Part shown: in pieces, positions 32,097 to 41,582 of the stretch
How positions within the stretch are numbered: the stretch's first letter is position 1
Layout: every line of letters starts with the position of its first letter
Assembly (NCBI GenBank): GCA_902553555.1
Contig: CACDLE010000001.1
Span: 96,965-160,964 of the forward strand
DNA: 64,000 bases
Reading direction: 5' to 3'
Source: an uncultured Pelagibacteraceae bacterium
GTDB lineage: Bacteria; Pseudomonadota; Alphaproteobacteria; Pelagibacterales; Pelagibacteraceae
The notes under the pieces: generated by a model
The model's database searches: none
Seen by the model: only the letters and a program-made list of their open reading frames with translations
Told to the model about the DNA's origin: nothing
Translations under genes and position numbers: made by a program

Positions 32097-32537
32097 TTAT
32101 TTAATTTCAATAAGTCTTTTTTTCTTCATTTCTGGTATGATTTTTTCACAAGAAATAGTTAACAAACCATCTTTTAGCTCAGCACCATTTACTTTTACAT
32201 CATCTGCAATTGTAAATGATCTAGCAAAAGATCTTTGCGATATTCCTCGATGAATAACTTCATCACCGTCTTTTTCTTCAGTTCTTTTAACGTCTTTTGT
32301 CTTAATGGTTAAAAGATTATCTTCATATTCAACTTCAACATCATCTTTGTTAAAGCCAGCAACTGCTACTTCAATAGCATACTTATCTTTGCCTGCTTTT
32401 CGGATGTTATATGGCGGGTAATTACTTTGTACTACACTGCCATTCCCTAACATAGACTCGAACTGATCAAACATATCATCGAAGCCAACGCTAAAAGGTC
32501 TAAGTGAATTAAAGATCGACAGATCCTTACTTGTCAT
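32097..32537 (-). CDS. ibpA: Small heat-shock protein (IbpA/Hsp20)
   Basis: YPPYNI, AVAGF, HRGISQRSF, LKDGLL, C-terminal IEI; AGGAGG RBS before ATG 32537. Confidence 0.96.
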   Translation of the reverse strand: MTSKDLSIFNSLRPFSVGFDDMFDQFESMLGNGSVVQSNYPPYNIRKAGKDKYAIEVAVAGFNKDDVEVEYEDNLLTIKTKDVKRTEEKDGDEVIHRGISQRSFARSFTIADDVKVNGAELKDGLLTISCEKIIPEMKKKRLIEIK

Positions 32538-32592
32538 ATTTCCTCCTTTTGTTAGCAAGGTTTAATGTCAGCCCCATTTGGCGACCGACATA
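32535..32592 (-). promoter_or_regulatory. ROSE-like RNA thermometer in the hsp20 5'UTR
   Basis: mRNA reads UGUCGGUCGCCA-AA-UGGGGCUGACA (hairpin 1), then CCUUGCU-aacaaa-AGGAGG-aaau-AUG (UUGCU opposite the SD). Confidence 0.75.
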
Positions 32593-32596
32593 GTTG

Positions 32597-32624
32597 ATAT
32601 GGGAATTATTTTTTCTTTTTCAAG
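32597..32624 (-). promoter_or_regulatory. RpoH (sigma32) promoter of hsp20
   Basis: CTTGAA-N15-CCCATAT on the minus strand. Confidence 0.85.
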
Positions 32625-32628
32625 ATTG

Positions 32629-34713
32629 TTATTTCAAAATTTTGGCAGATTTTAAAATAAAAGAGTATTCTTCTGCCAGTTCTGTGATCGCATTGTCGCG
32701 CCCAGACATTCCTCCATGACCTGCCGCTTCCATTTTACATTTCAGTAATTGATTATTATTATCAGTTTTTAAATCTCTTAACTTTGCAATATATTTAACT
32801 GGTTCGGAATAAAGTACGCGATTATCAAACAGAGAAGTTGTTACAAGCATCGGCGGATAATCTTTCTTCTCAAGATTATTATAAGGAGCGTAAGATAAAA
32901 TATAATCAAAATACTCTTTACTTTTTATTGGATTTCCCCACATCTCCCATTCACCTGGTGTTAATGGTAATTTTTCATTTAACATTGTTGTCATTGTGTC
33001 TACAAACGGAACCAACAAAAGCATTCCAAAAAATAAATCTGGTGCCATATTCGCCACCGCTCCACCTGTTAGACCACCTGCAGAACCTCCATAAAAACAA
33101 ATTCCGCCTTTGTATGTGTATCTTTGTTCTATAAGGTGATTTGCACAAGCTATATAATCTAAAAAAGTATTTTTTTTAAATTTCTTTTTACCTTTTTGAT
33201 GATGATTATCGCCTAAATCCCCGCCGCCTCTAACATGAGCTATGGCAAAAGTTATTCCTCTATCAATTAAACAAAACCTTGAGGCACTAAATGATGGAGA
33301 GATACTATGTTTGTATGCTCCGTAGGCATATAAAAGAATTTTTGAACTTCCGTCTTGCTTTGCTGTTTTTAATCTAACTAAACTAATAGGTATCATTTGA
33401 CCATCATGAGACTCTGCCTTTATCCTTTCAACAACATATTTCTCGGGATTATGTCCTGATGGAATTTCTGTCTCTTTAACTAATTTTTTTTCCTTTGAGA
33501 TAATGTCATACTCGTAAACTCTTCCTGGGGTAGCCATACTCTCCCAACCAACTCTTATCATTGTAGTGTTAGTGTCCTTTTGCATTAAAGAAACTCCAGG
33601 AACTCCTATAGCTTCATCGGAAATTTTAATTTCCTCTTCTATATTAGTTTTTATATTTCTTACATAAAGTTTTGGTATAGCATCAGACTTTTCTGACCTT
33701 AGAATATAGTCGTCTAAAAATTCAAATCCACCAATAACAGTATCTTTTTTAGCAGGGATGAAAACTTCTAATTTATCTATTTGATCGGTCTTACATCTTA
33801 GTACTTTATAATCTCTAGCTTCTTCATTTGTATGCACGTAAAAATAACCCTGCCAAGAGTCCACAGAATAACGAACATCATTTTTTCTTTTTTGAAAAAG
33901 TGTAGGATTAATTTCTTTAGCATCTGTGGGGAAAAAATATTCTTCAGTTGTGATGTGATCAGAAGTCCCAATAATGAAATATTTTTCATCTGAGGTAATT
34001 CCAATGCTACAAGTAAAGGTCTCATCTTTTTCTTCAAAAATAAGCTGATCTTGATCGGCCAAAGTTCCAATCACGTGTTTAAATATTTGTCTTGGTCTGT
34101 GATATTGATCTAATTTTGAATAAAAAAAACTTTTATTATCTAATGCCCAAGTAACACTGCCACTAGTATTCTCAATAATGTCTCTTTCGTTTTTGCCTGT
34201 TCTAAGATCCCTCAAATAAATAGTGTAATATTCAGAACCTTTTAAGTCTAGAGAGTATGCAATAAAGTTATCACAATAAGATGTGCTTACCGTGCCAACC
34301 CCAAAATATTCTGAACCAGATTTTTTCTTTTCTAAATCACCATCAAAAAAAACTTCTTCAGGTTTAGAACCATCAATGAGTTGCCTCATTCTTTTACCAT
34401 AATTTCCTTTAGCTTCTGTCTTAAACCAGTAGTAATATCTTTTATCTTTATATTTTAACCCAGTATCATCTAATTTTATTTTACCTTTAATTTCGTTGAA
34501 AAGATTTTTTTGTAAATCTTTAACATCCTTAAAATATTCTTCAGTTAATAAGTTATTTTCCTCAATGTATTTCTTTACATCAGGATGCAATTTGTTTGGG
34601 TTTTTTAAGACATCTAAAATATCAGGTTGATCAACCCATGAATAATGGTCTTCTAAAGTAGTATTGTGATACCTTTTCTCGCTCTTTATTTTCTTTAATT
34701 CTGGTATATTCAT
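32629..34713 (-). CDS. ptrB: Oligopeptidase B (S9A family)
   Basis: AHVRGGG, GGSAGG nucleophile elbow, VPFVD, DNRV, AGHGG. Confidence 0.95.
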   Translation of the reverse strand: MNIPELKKIKSEKRYHNTTLEDHYSWVDQPDILDVLKNPNKLHPDVKKYIEENNLLTEEYFKDVKDLQKNLFNEIKGKIKLDDTGLKYKDKRYYYWFKTEAKGNYGKRMRQLIDGSKPEEVFFDGDLEKKKSGSEYFGVGTVSTSYCDNFIAYSLDLKGSEYYTIYLRDLRTGKNERDIIENTSGSVTWALDNKSFFYSKLDQYHRPRQIFKHVIGTLADQDQLIFEEKDETFTCSIGITSDEKYFIIGTSDHITTEEYFFPTDAKEINPTLFQKRKNDVRYSVDSWQGYFYVHTNEEARDYKVLRCKTDQIDKLEVFIPAKKDTVIGGFEFLDDYILRSEKSDAIPKLYVRNIKTNIEEEIKISDEAIGVPGVSLMQKDTNTTMIRVGWESMATPGRVYEYDIISKEKKLVKETEIPSGHNPEKYVVERIKAESHDGQMIPISLVRLKTAKQDGSSKILLYAYGAYKHSISPSFSASRFCLIDRGITFAIAHVRGGGDLGDNHHQKGKKKFKKNTFLDYIACANHLIEQRYTYKGGICFYGGSAGGLTGGAVANMAPDLFFGMLLLVPFVDTMTTMLNEKLPLTPGEWEMWGNPIKSKEYFDYILSYAPYNNLEKKDYPPMLVTTSLFDNRVLYSEPVKYIAKLRDLKTDNNNQLLKCKMEAAGHGGMSGRDNAITELAEEYSFILKSAKILK

Positions 34714-34727
34714 AATATAAAATTTAT

Positions 34728-35228
34728 ATGAACTGGTTCTTAATTGGAATTATCATTTTTGTCATTATTTATTTGTTTTTAAATTGGTTTGCAAAAACAA
34801 GTACTAAAAAAATTGCCCAATTTTTAAAAAGATTAGCCATTATAATATCAGTCGTTCTAGCAGCAATTTTAGCCATAGGGGGTAAATATATATTTTCATT
34901 GCCTTTTTTATTAATTCTTTTGAGCGGATTGAAAATAAAAGGTTTTACGGCTTTACAATTATTCCAACTCTGGAGGCTTATTCAAGTTCTCAGAACCTCA
35001 GGAAGGTTTGGAAATAAAAGCTCACAAGCAACCACAAGTATGTCTACTGAGGAAAGCTATAAAATTTTAGGCTTAAAAAAGGGCTGTTCAAAAGAAGACG
35101 TTTTAAAAACTGCAGCTAAATTACAAAAAAAAATTCATCCAGACATGAATCGAGATGTAGATTCAATGCGTTTAAGCCAGTTAGTCAATGAAGCAAAAGA
35201 GAAAATTATTAAAACTGATTTTAGTTAA
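34728..35228 (+). CDS. Membrane-anchored J-domain protein
   Basis: N-terminal TM segments; YKILGL...HPD...VNEAKE. Confidence 0.85.
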   Translation: MNWFLIGIIIFVIIYLFLNWFAKTSTKKIAQFLKRLAIIISVVLAAILAIGGKYIFSLPFLLILLSGLKIKGFTALQLFQLWRLIQVLRTSGRFGNKSSQATTSMSTEESYKILGLKKGCSKEDVLKTAAKLQKKIHPDMNRDVDSMRLSQLVNEAKEKIIKTDFS

Positions 35229-36169
35229 ACTAAAAAACTCTTAGCTTTTTTTAATACTTTTTCAAAAGAAATATTATCTTTTCCTAATGTGTCATGCGTT
35301 GTACTTTCAACTGTTTCTCCCTCAGGTACAATTGGATAAATATTTTTTGAATAACCACTGTAAGCGTACGCAGGAGAATCTGTAAATATTCCAATAGTTT
35401 TAATTCCTAATGCGGCACCTAAATGCATAAAAGAAGTATCACAAGATACACATAAATTACAATTTTTTATTATAGGTAAAATTTTAGCTATTTTAAGATG
35501 ATCTAAACTAATACAATCACTACTAATTTCCGAATTTTTGATTTTATCAATAATCTTAAAATCTTCCTGCCCCGCCGCAATAAAAAATTTACAATTTTTG
35601 AATCTTTTTAATTCAACGGCTAACTTTATAAAATTTTCAACATCCCATCTTTTTGTACTACCTGATGCTGACACACCTAAAATAATATTTTTAGTTTGTT
35701 CATCTATGTTGTAGGATTTCTTTGCTTTAATTACGTCATCTTCTTTTATTGATAAATGAGGCTCAGTAGATAGAACTTTCCCAACATATGTCTCCGTAAA
35801 AACTTTTGCTGTTTGAAATATTATATCTTTAGAAGTAAAAAGAGGATATTGGTATATACCCTTTATTCCAGCAAAAATAGCAAGAAGCTTGTATCTAATA
35901 GATCCATTAAATATATATACCTTATCGAATTTTCTTCTTTTAATTTCTTTTGATAATTTAAAAAATCCTGAAATTCCATCATTAGTAGAATCTAAATTTA
36001 TAATCTCATCCAAAAAATTTTCTTCTTTAAATAACTCTGATGATTTTGATGTTTTTTTTGCCAATAAAGAAATTTTAACGTTATTTTTTTGAGCGATAGC
36101 CTTCAGATAAGGTAAAAATATAAGCATATCACCTATCCCATATCTTTGCTGTATAACAAGAACTTTCAT
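35225..36169 (-). CDS. GT9 glycosyltransferase (heptosyltransferase-like)
   Basis: GIGDML, KRW, DTSFMHLGAALG. Confidence 0.88.
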   Translation of the reverse strand: MKVLVIQQRYGIGDMLIFLPYLKAIAQKNNVKISLLAKKTSKSSELFKEENFLDEIINLDSTNDGISGFFKLSKEIKRRKFDKVYIFNGSIRYKLLAIFAGIKGIYQYPLFTSKDIIFQTAKVFTETYVGKVLSTEPHLSIKEDDVIKAKKSYNIDEQTKNIILGVSASGSTKRWDVENFIKLAVELKRFKNCKFFIAAGQEDFKIIDKIKNSEISSDCISLDHLKIAKILPIIKNCNLCVSCDTSFMHLGAALGIKTIGIFTDSPAYAYSGYSKNIYPIVPEGETVESTTHDTLGKDNISFEKVLKKAKSFLV

Positions 36170-36216
36170 TTTGAAATATATTATTATAACTTAGACATAT
36201 AAATTTAGGTAAGATT

Positions 36217-37101
36217 ATGATGAAAAATGGTGTTTATGCAGCAACTCTCAGTGTTTTGGATGAAAATGGTTCATTAAATATTGATGAAACAATATCTCAT
36301 GCTGAAAAAATAATTAAGGAGGGTTTGCATGGAGTTTTCTTTTTTGGCTCTACTGGACAAAGCCAATTAATTTCAATGTCTGAAAAAAAAGAACTAGTAT
36401 CAAAGCTTCCATTGAGCAAATTTAAAAAGAATTTTCACTTAGGCACTGGTTTCAATTCATTAAAAGAAACAATAGAATTTATCAAGTACTCAATAGAATA
36501 TGATTTCCAAAACTTTCTAATCATGCCACCCGCATATTATAAAGGTAATACTGAAGCTGGAGTTTTTGAATTTTATTCAAAAATAATCAAAAATATTCCT
36601 AAAGTGAAAATTATTTTATATAATTTCGAAAAATTGAGTGGCTTTAAGTTTGAAATAAATTTTGTTAAAAAATTAGTTAATGCATTTCCCAAAAATATTA
36701 TTGGATGTAAAGACTCCACTTATAACTTGTATGAGAATCTTAAGATTAAAGATTTTTTGATTTTTCCAGGAGACGAGTCTAAATTGCTTAAAGGTCTTGA
36801 AATCGGTTGTTCTGGATGTATATCTGCTATCGCAAATGTTACACACAAATTGGCAAGAGAAGTTTTTGATAATTTTGAAAAAAATAAACCACAAACTTCT
36901 AATGAAAAATTAATTATGGTAAGACACATTTTTGATAATTATAACTTAATTTCAAGTTTACACAGTTTCATGTCTACTAAAAATCCAAAATTTAAAAACT
37001 TATTACCACCTTTAACATTATTAAACTCAAAGGATACTAAAGAATTATTAAAAAAACTTGAAAATTTAAAATTTAGTATTAATAAAAATATTGCAGCTTA
37101 A
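36217..37101 (+). CDS. DapA-family class I aldolase/lyase
   Basis: GSTGQ, PPAYY, ILYNF, GCKDS Schiff-base Lys. Confidence 0.88.
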   Translation: MMKNGVYAATLSVLDENGSLNIDETISHAEKIIKEGLHGVFFFGSTGQSQLISMSEKKELVSKLPLSKFKKNFHLGTGFNSLKETIEFIKYSIEYDFQNFLIMPPAYYKGNTEAGVFEFYSKIIKNIPKVKIILYNFEKLSGFKFEINFVKKLVNAFPKNIIGCKDSTYNLYENLKIKDFLIFPGDESKLLKGLEIGCSGCISAIANVTHKLAREVFDNFEKNKPQTSNEKLIMVRHIFDNYNLISSLHSFMSTKNPKFKNLLPPLTLLNSKDTKELLKKLENLKFSINKNIAA

Positions 37102-37103
37102 AC

Positions 37104-38309
37104 ATGATTTTAGCAAAAGTTCTCAATAAAATTTATAAAGAAGATGGAATAATACTTGTTGATCCTCAAAAACAAAAATACATTATTGGTAATCCAAGAC
37201 CTAATAAGCCTATAACTTTAAAACTTTTAAAAGAAAACTTAAAATATAAACTACTGATAGATCCGGAATTTTTTTTCCCTGAAGCCTATATGGCCAACGA
37301 AATTAAAATTGAAAACGCTTCATTACACGAGTTTTTAATGGAATTTGCTAAAAATTTAGGCAGAAATGAAATAAACAATTTAAGTAAAGTGGTGAAAAAA
37401 ATTTATGGAGTATGGAGATATTTATCTAATTTTAATACTATATTAAAATCAAAACTAGACATCTCTCATCACTACGACCTCGGGGGAGAAAAAGGAGAAA
37501 AGTTATATGACATTATGCTTGATAAAACAGTGAGACAATACAGTTGTGCTTATTTTAAAGAGGACACAAAAACTTTAGAAGAAGCTCAAGAAAATAAATT
37601 AAACCATATAATAAAAAAATTAGGTATTAAAACAGGAGACAAAATTTTAGATATCGGTTCAGGTTGGGGAACCGCCGCAGCTTATATAGCTAAGAAAACT
37701 GGTTGCGAAGTTACAGGTGTTACTTTAAGTAAAAATCAGTACGAGTATAGTCTTAAAAATGCAAAAAAATTAAATTTAGACAATCAATTAAATTTTGAGC
37801 TAAAAGACTATAGAGAATTAGAAGGTAAATTCGACAAAATTTACTCAGTCGGGATGGTAGAGCATTGCTCTTTAAAATACTATAAAACTTTTTTTAAAAA
37901 AATAAACTCTTTGCTTAAAGAAAATGGTACATTTCTTTTACACACAATTGGAGTAGTAGATGCTCCTTCAAGTCCCTCACGTTGGATAAATTATAGAATT
38001 TTTCCAGGAGGCAGATGCCCAAGTTATAGTCAATTAATCAAACCAATTGAAAAAACAGGCCTCATTGTCTCTGATAGTGAGACTTTAATAAGACACTATG
38101 ACAAAACTCTTGAGGCATGGCTTGAGAGATTTTTAGCAAAAAGAAATGAAGTAAAGGATTTATTTGACGAAAAATTTTGCAAAATGTGGGAATATTACCT
38201 ATCTAGCTGTTCTGCAGCGTTTAGGTATAGGGACTTAGTGGTTTTTCAATTACAAATTGTGAAAAACTTTAATATAGCTCGACCTACAAGAGACTATATA
38301 TATTCATAA
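37104..38309 (+). CDS. cfa: Cyclopropane-fatty-acyl-phospholipid synthase family methyltransferase
   Basis: HYDLG, YSCAYF, LDIGSGWG, IFPGG, MWEYYL. Confidence 0.88.
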   Translation: MILAKVLNKIYKEDGIILVDPQKQKYIIGNPRPNKPITLKLLKENLKYKLLIDPEFFFPEAYMANEIKIENASLHEFLMEFAKNLGRNEINNLSKVVKKIYGVWRYLSNFNTILKSKLDISHHYDLGGEKGEKLYDIMLDKTVRQYSCAYFKEDTKTLEEAQENKLNHIIKKLGIKTGDKILDIGSGWGTAAAYIAKKTGCEVTGVTLSKNQYEYSLKNAKKLNLDNQLNFELKDYRELEGKFDKIYSVGMVEHCSLKYYKTFFKKINSLLKENGTFLLHTIGVVDAPSSPSRWINYRIFPGGRCPSYSQLIKPIEKTGLIVSDSETLIRHYDKTLEAWLERFLAKRNEVKDLFDEKFCKMWEYYLSSCSAAFRYRDLVVFQLQIVKNFNIARPTRDYIYS

Positions 38310-38334
38310 AAACTGATATTTAATTAATATCGGT

Positions 38335-39516
38335 ATGAAAAAAAAGAAAAAGAGTAAAAAAAGAAAATTCTTTAAAACCAAGAAAAAAACCAACAAAAAA
38401 GTCAAATATAAAAAGGGCTCAAAAACTAGAAAGAAAAAGTTTTTAAAAAAAAAGAGAAAAATCAAAACTAAAAAAAAGAATAGAAAGAATAGAAAAATTT
38501 CTTTTAAGAAAAAACATTCTTTTTCTAAGGAGACATTCAGAAAAATAATCAGATTTAGGGAAAAATTAAGACCCAAATTTAAATTTAATTTTAACATAGA
38601 TCGAACTCTGCAAAACTTTTTTCAAAGAATTTCTGACAAGATAGAAAGTTTCAAAAAAGTTATTGAAGAGGAGAGAGAAAGAAAAAAACAAGAGGAAATT
38701 AAGAAAATGAAGAAAGAAAAAGATGAAATAATAAAAAGAGAAAAGCAGTTAAAACAATATGAATTTAAGATGAAAAAAGAAGAATTTAAAAATGAGATAA
38801 AAATTCAAAAAGAGAGAAAATTAGATATTAAGAAATTCATTAGAGAAGAGCAAGCACAGTTAAGGAAAGAACAAGCAGAAAAACAAAGGTTATTTTACGA
38901 AAAAATAAAATTAGAAAAGAAAATAGAACAATTTAGAAAAAGAGAATCTCAAGAGATTATTCAATTAGAAAAAATAGTCTTGAAACAAGAAAGAGAAAAT
39001 TATTTAGAGGTTCAGGAAAGAATAGAAAAAATTAAACAAAAATATCAGGCTATAAGAGATCAAAAAATTAGAGAAAGAATTGAACAACTTGGTATAGAAG
39101 TTTCTGAAAGTGATACTAGGTCAGAACTTCTTGAAAAAGAGAGACAGTTTAATCTTGCAAGAGAAAAAATTGAAAATAATCTTGAGAGTTTCTATAGATG
39201 TATGACGTCTTGCGTATTTTCTTTAAATCGAAAATGGCTTCCAAAAAAAATGTCATTACTTAGGGTGAAAGATCTTAGATATGAGTCATCAGAAATATTT
39301 ATTAAATCTGACGAAGAATCTGACGAAAATTGGTTAATACTTGTCTATTTAAAAAATAATGAACCAAATTCTAATATTGTTGTTGAGGATAAAACAAATC
39401 CTCAAAATAATTTTTCTGAAGAATACAAATCAAATGAAGTTTTTAGATTCTCGGACTCTTTAGTAGACTCTTTGACACAAATGATTGATAGAGAATATAA
39501 AAAGAAATTGAATTAA
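38335..39516 (+). CDS. Hypothetical protein: Lys/Arg-rich N-terminus, long coiled coil, small C-terminal domain
   Basis: 393-codon ORF exactly filling the gap between neighbours; K/R-rich start, E/K/R/Q-rich middle. Confidence 0.8.
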   Translation: MKKKKKSKKRKFFKTKKKTNKKVKYKKGSKTRKKKFLKKKRKIKTKKKNRKNRKISFKKKHSFSKETFRKIIRFREKLRPKFKFNFNIDRTLQNFFQRISDKIESFKKVIEEERERKKQEEIKKMKKEKDEIIKREKQLKQYEFKMKKEEFKNEIKIQKERKLDIKKFIREEQAQLRKEQAEKQRLFYEKIKLEKKIEQFRKRESQEIIQLEKIVLKQERENYLEVQERIEKIKQKYQAIRDQKIRERIEQLGIEVSESDTRSELLEKERQFNLAREKIENNLESFYRCMTSCVFSLNRKWLPKKMSLLRVKDLRYESSEIFIKSDEESDENWLILVYLKNNEPNSNIVVEDKTNPQNNFSEEYKSNEVFRFSDSLVDSLTQMIDREYKKKLN

Positions 39517-40613
39517 TTAAGTATGTCATTAAGCCTAGATATCTGACCAATATTAAAAATTTTTAAATCTTCTTTACTAAAACCAAAATTTTCTACATTT
39601 TTTTGAAGACGTTTTCGAGGTTCATTAATCTGTCCATCAGAATTTTGACCCTCTAGTCCTAATATAAAACTTCCATAATGCATTGGAATTATTTTTTTTG
39701 CCTTTAAATCTTTTGCTGCTTGCAACGCCTCCTCAGGATTTGTATGGAAAATACTTTTATCCTTGACGCCAGAAACGGCATCAAAGTTATAGGCCCCAGC
39801 ATTAATAAAGAAAATATCGACACCTCCAAATTTTTCTCCCATCATTTTGTAAATATTCGAATAACCTGTATCACATGCAAAAAATATTTTTTTTCCTTTA
39901 TAATTTATCAAAAAACTTCCCCACAAAGCTTTATCGGTCGCTCCTGGACCAAAGGGCAGAGCGCTCCGCTTATTCCAATGTTGACTTGGTGTTAAAGTAA
40001 TTGATAAATCTCTATTAATTTGCACAGTGTCAAACCAATCAAGCTCTTTTATATCTTTAAAATTATTTTTTTTAAAATATGATCCATTATTTAAAGGAAC
40101 AAGGACCTTGGCTGATTTGTAAGGAAAATTTCGAATATCACTTATACTAAGATGATCATAGTGCAGATGGGAATTTAACCACAAATCAATTTTTGGAAGT
40201 TGATCAAGCTCTAACGCTGGAGGGGTATAACGTTTTGGTCCTAAAAAGAGTGGGCCAGCATTTGGGGCAGTAATTAAATCAGTTACAATAGTAGTTGAAC
40301 CTAGTTTAATTATAAAACTTGCATGATTGATCCAAAGGATAAAATCCTCATTTTTGTATTTCTCAAGATTTTCTAAAACAGTTTTTCTTGGTACAACAAA
40401 ATCTTGCGGGACAATTACATTAATATTTTTCTTTGCCTCTCTAAATTTTTTGTAGGACCATTTAAAATTTTTGTTTCTTTCAGGAGCGCCTTGATAGTTT
40501 CTGAATTTTTTAAATTTTCCATTTTCATATACATGATGATAAGGTTTTTCGGCCATGGCACTAATTGAAAATGATATATTTAAGATTACAAAATAAACTA
40601 AAAACAATCTCAT
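39513..40613 (-). CDS. Exported MBL-fold metallohydrolase (RomA/NAPE-PLD-like)
   Basis: Signal peptide; WINHAS, SHLHYDHL, PSQHW, DTGY, PMHYG. Confidence 0.88.
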   Translation of the reverse strand: MRLFLVYFVILNISFSISAMAEKPYHHVYENGKFKKFRNYQGAPERNKNFKWSYKKFREAKKNINVIVPQDFVVPRKTVLENLEKYKNEDFILWINHASFIIKLGSTTIVTDLITAPNAGPLFLGPKRYTPPALELDQLPKIDLWLNSHLHYDHLSISDIRNFPYKSAKVLVPLNNGSYFKKNNFKDIKELDWFDTVQINRDLSITLTPSQHWNKRSALPFGPGATDKALWGSFLINYKGKKIFFACDTGYSNIYKMMGEKFGGVDIFFINAGAYNFDAVSGVKDKSIFHTNPEEALQAAKDLKAKKIIPMHYGSFILGLEGQNSDGQINEPRKRLQKNVENFGFSKEDLKIFNIGQISRLNDILN

Positions 40614-40786
40614 TAATTCTTTTTATTAGTTCTTGTTTTATCATTAATCTTGTTACCATAATCTTTAATTTTATCCCATTCACTTGAGCTTTTTGACGCT
40701 TTCTCACTTTTCTTACTTATAACTAAAGGTAATAATATGAGAATTATAAAAATGATTATACAAGATATAATAAGGGGTAATTTCAT
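40613..40786 (-). CDS. Small single-pass membrane protein, 57 aa (not in ORF track)
   Basis: Hand translation MKLPLIISCIIIFIILILLPLVISKKSEKASKSSSEWDKIKDYGNKINDKTRTNKKN*; AAGGGG RBS; stop overlaps the next start (TAATG). Confidence 0.65.
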   Translation of the reverse strand: MKLPLIISCIIIFIILILLPLVISKKSEKASKSSSEWDKIKDYGNKINDKTRTNKKN

Positions 40787-40800
40787 TTACCCCTTATTAT
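40767..40800. repeat. Perfect 14-bp inverted repeat
   Basis: ATAATAAGGGGTAA-tttcat-TTACCCCTTATTAT. Confidence 0.9.
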
Positions 40801-40827
40801 CATATTTTTATTTTATTTCTAATTATT

Positions 40828-41031
40828 TTAGCCTTTTAAACAATTTTCTTTATTAACTCTTTCGTGGAAGGTATCCAGACTATCTTTTGAAACAAACCAA
40901 ATTACGCTAGATTCTTGGACTTGTTTTGCATCTGCTTGAGTGCATTTCTCACCAAAGAAAATCTTTGAGGTTTTTCCACCAGCACAGTTTGTTAATAGAA
41001 AAAGTAAAGCTATGATTGATAATGTTTTCAT
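40828..41031 (-). CDS. Small lipoprotein, 67 aa
   Basis: MKTLSIIALLFLLTNC lipobox; start moved to ATG 41031. Confidence 0.75.
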   Translation of the reverse strand: MKTLSIIALLFLLTNCAGGKTSKIFFGEKCTQADAKQVQESSVIWFVSKDSLDTFHERVNKENCLKG

Positions 41032-41142
41032 AATTATTTGTTTAAAGTCAGATTTGGTAGATTGGTTGTCATAAAAATGTTCAAAATAAGAAAGAAATTT
41101 AAGCAAGTTGAAGTTGTACAAATAAGAACATATATTCATCTG

Positions 41143-41532
41143 ATGGATCATAAATATAAAGTGAGAATATATTACGAGGACACAGATGCCGGAGGAGTGG
41201 TATTTTACGCTAATTATTTTAAATTTACTGAAAGGGCTAGAACAGAACTTATTTATGAAAAATTAAAACTTAAACATCTTGAGCTTAAAGATAAATTTGA
41301 TGTCATTTTTGTAGTAAAATCATTATCATCTAAATATATCGCTCCAGCTAAATTTGAGGATGATTTAATAGTTGTTTCAAAAATAATAGAAAAAAGCCCT
41401 GTTAGACTTGTTCTTGAGCAAAATATAGAAAAAGCTAATAAATTGATTTTTAAGTCCACAATAGAACTTGCGGTTGTTTCTTCACAAGGTAAAATTACCA
41501 AATTACCAGACGATCTTTTATCTTTAATTTAA
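41143..41532 (+). CDS. ybgC: YbgC/FadM-family acyl-CoA thioesterase
   Basis: RIYYEDTDAGGVVFYANY, ERARTE; start moved to ATG 41143. Confidence 0.9.
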   Translation: MDHKYKVRIYYEDTDAGGVVFYANYFKFTERARTELIYEKLKLKHLELKDKFDVIFVVKSLSSKYIAPAKFEDDLIVVSKIIEKSPVRLVLEQNIEKANKLIFKSTIELAVVSSQGKITKLPDDLLSLI

Positions 41533-41582
41533 TCTTTTAATTGCTCTATTGTAATTTTCATAAAAATTGTTAAAAATATTCT

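Noticed and set aside
38304-38597. Phe/Leu-rich 97-aa minus-strand ORF resembling a membrane peptide
   Set aside because: Simply the reverse complement of the poly-Lys coding tract
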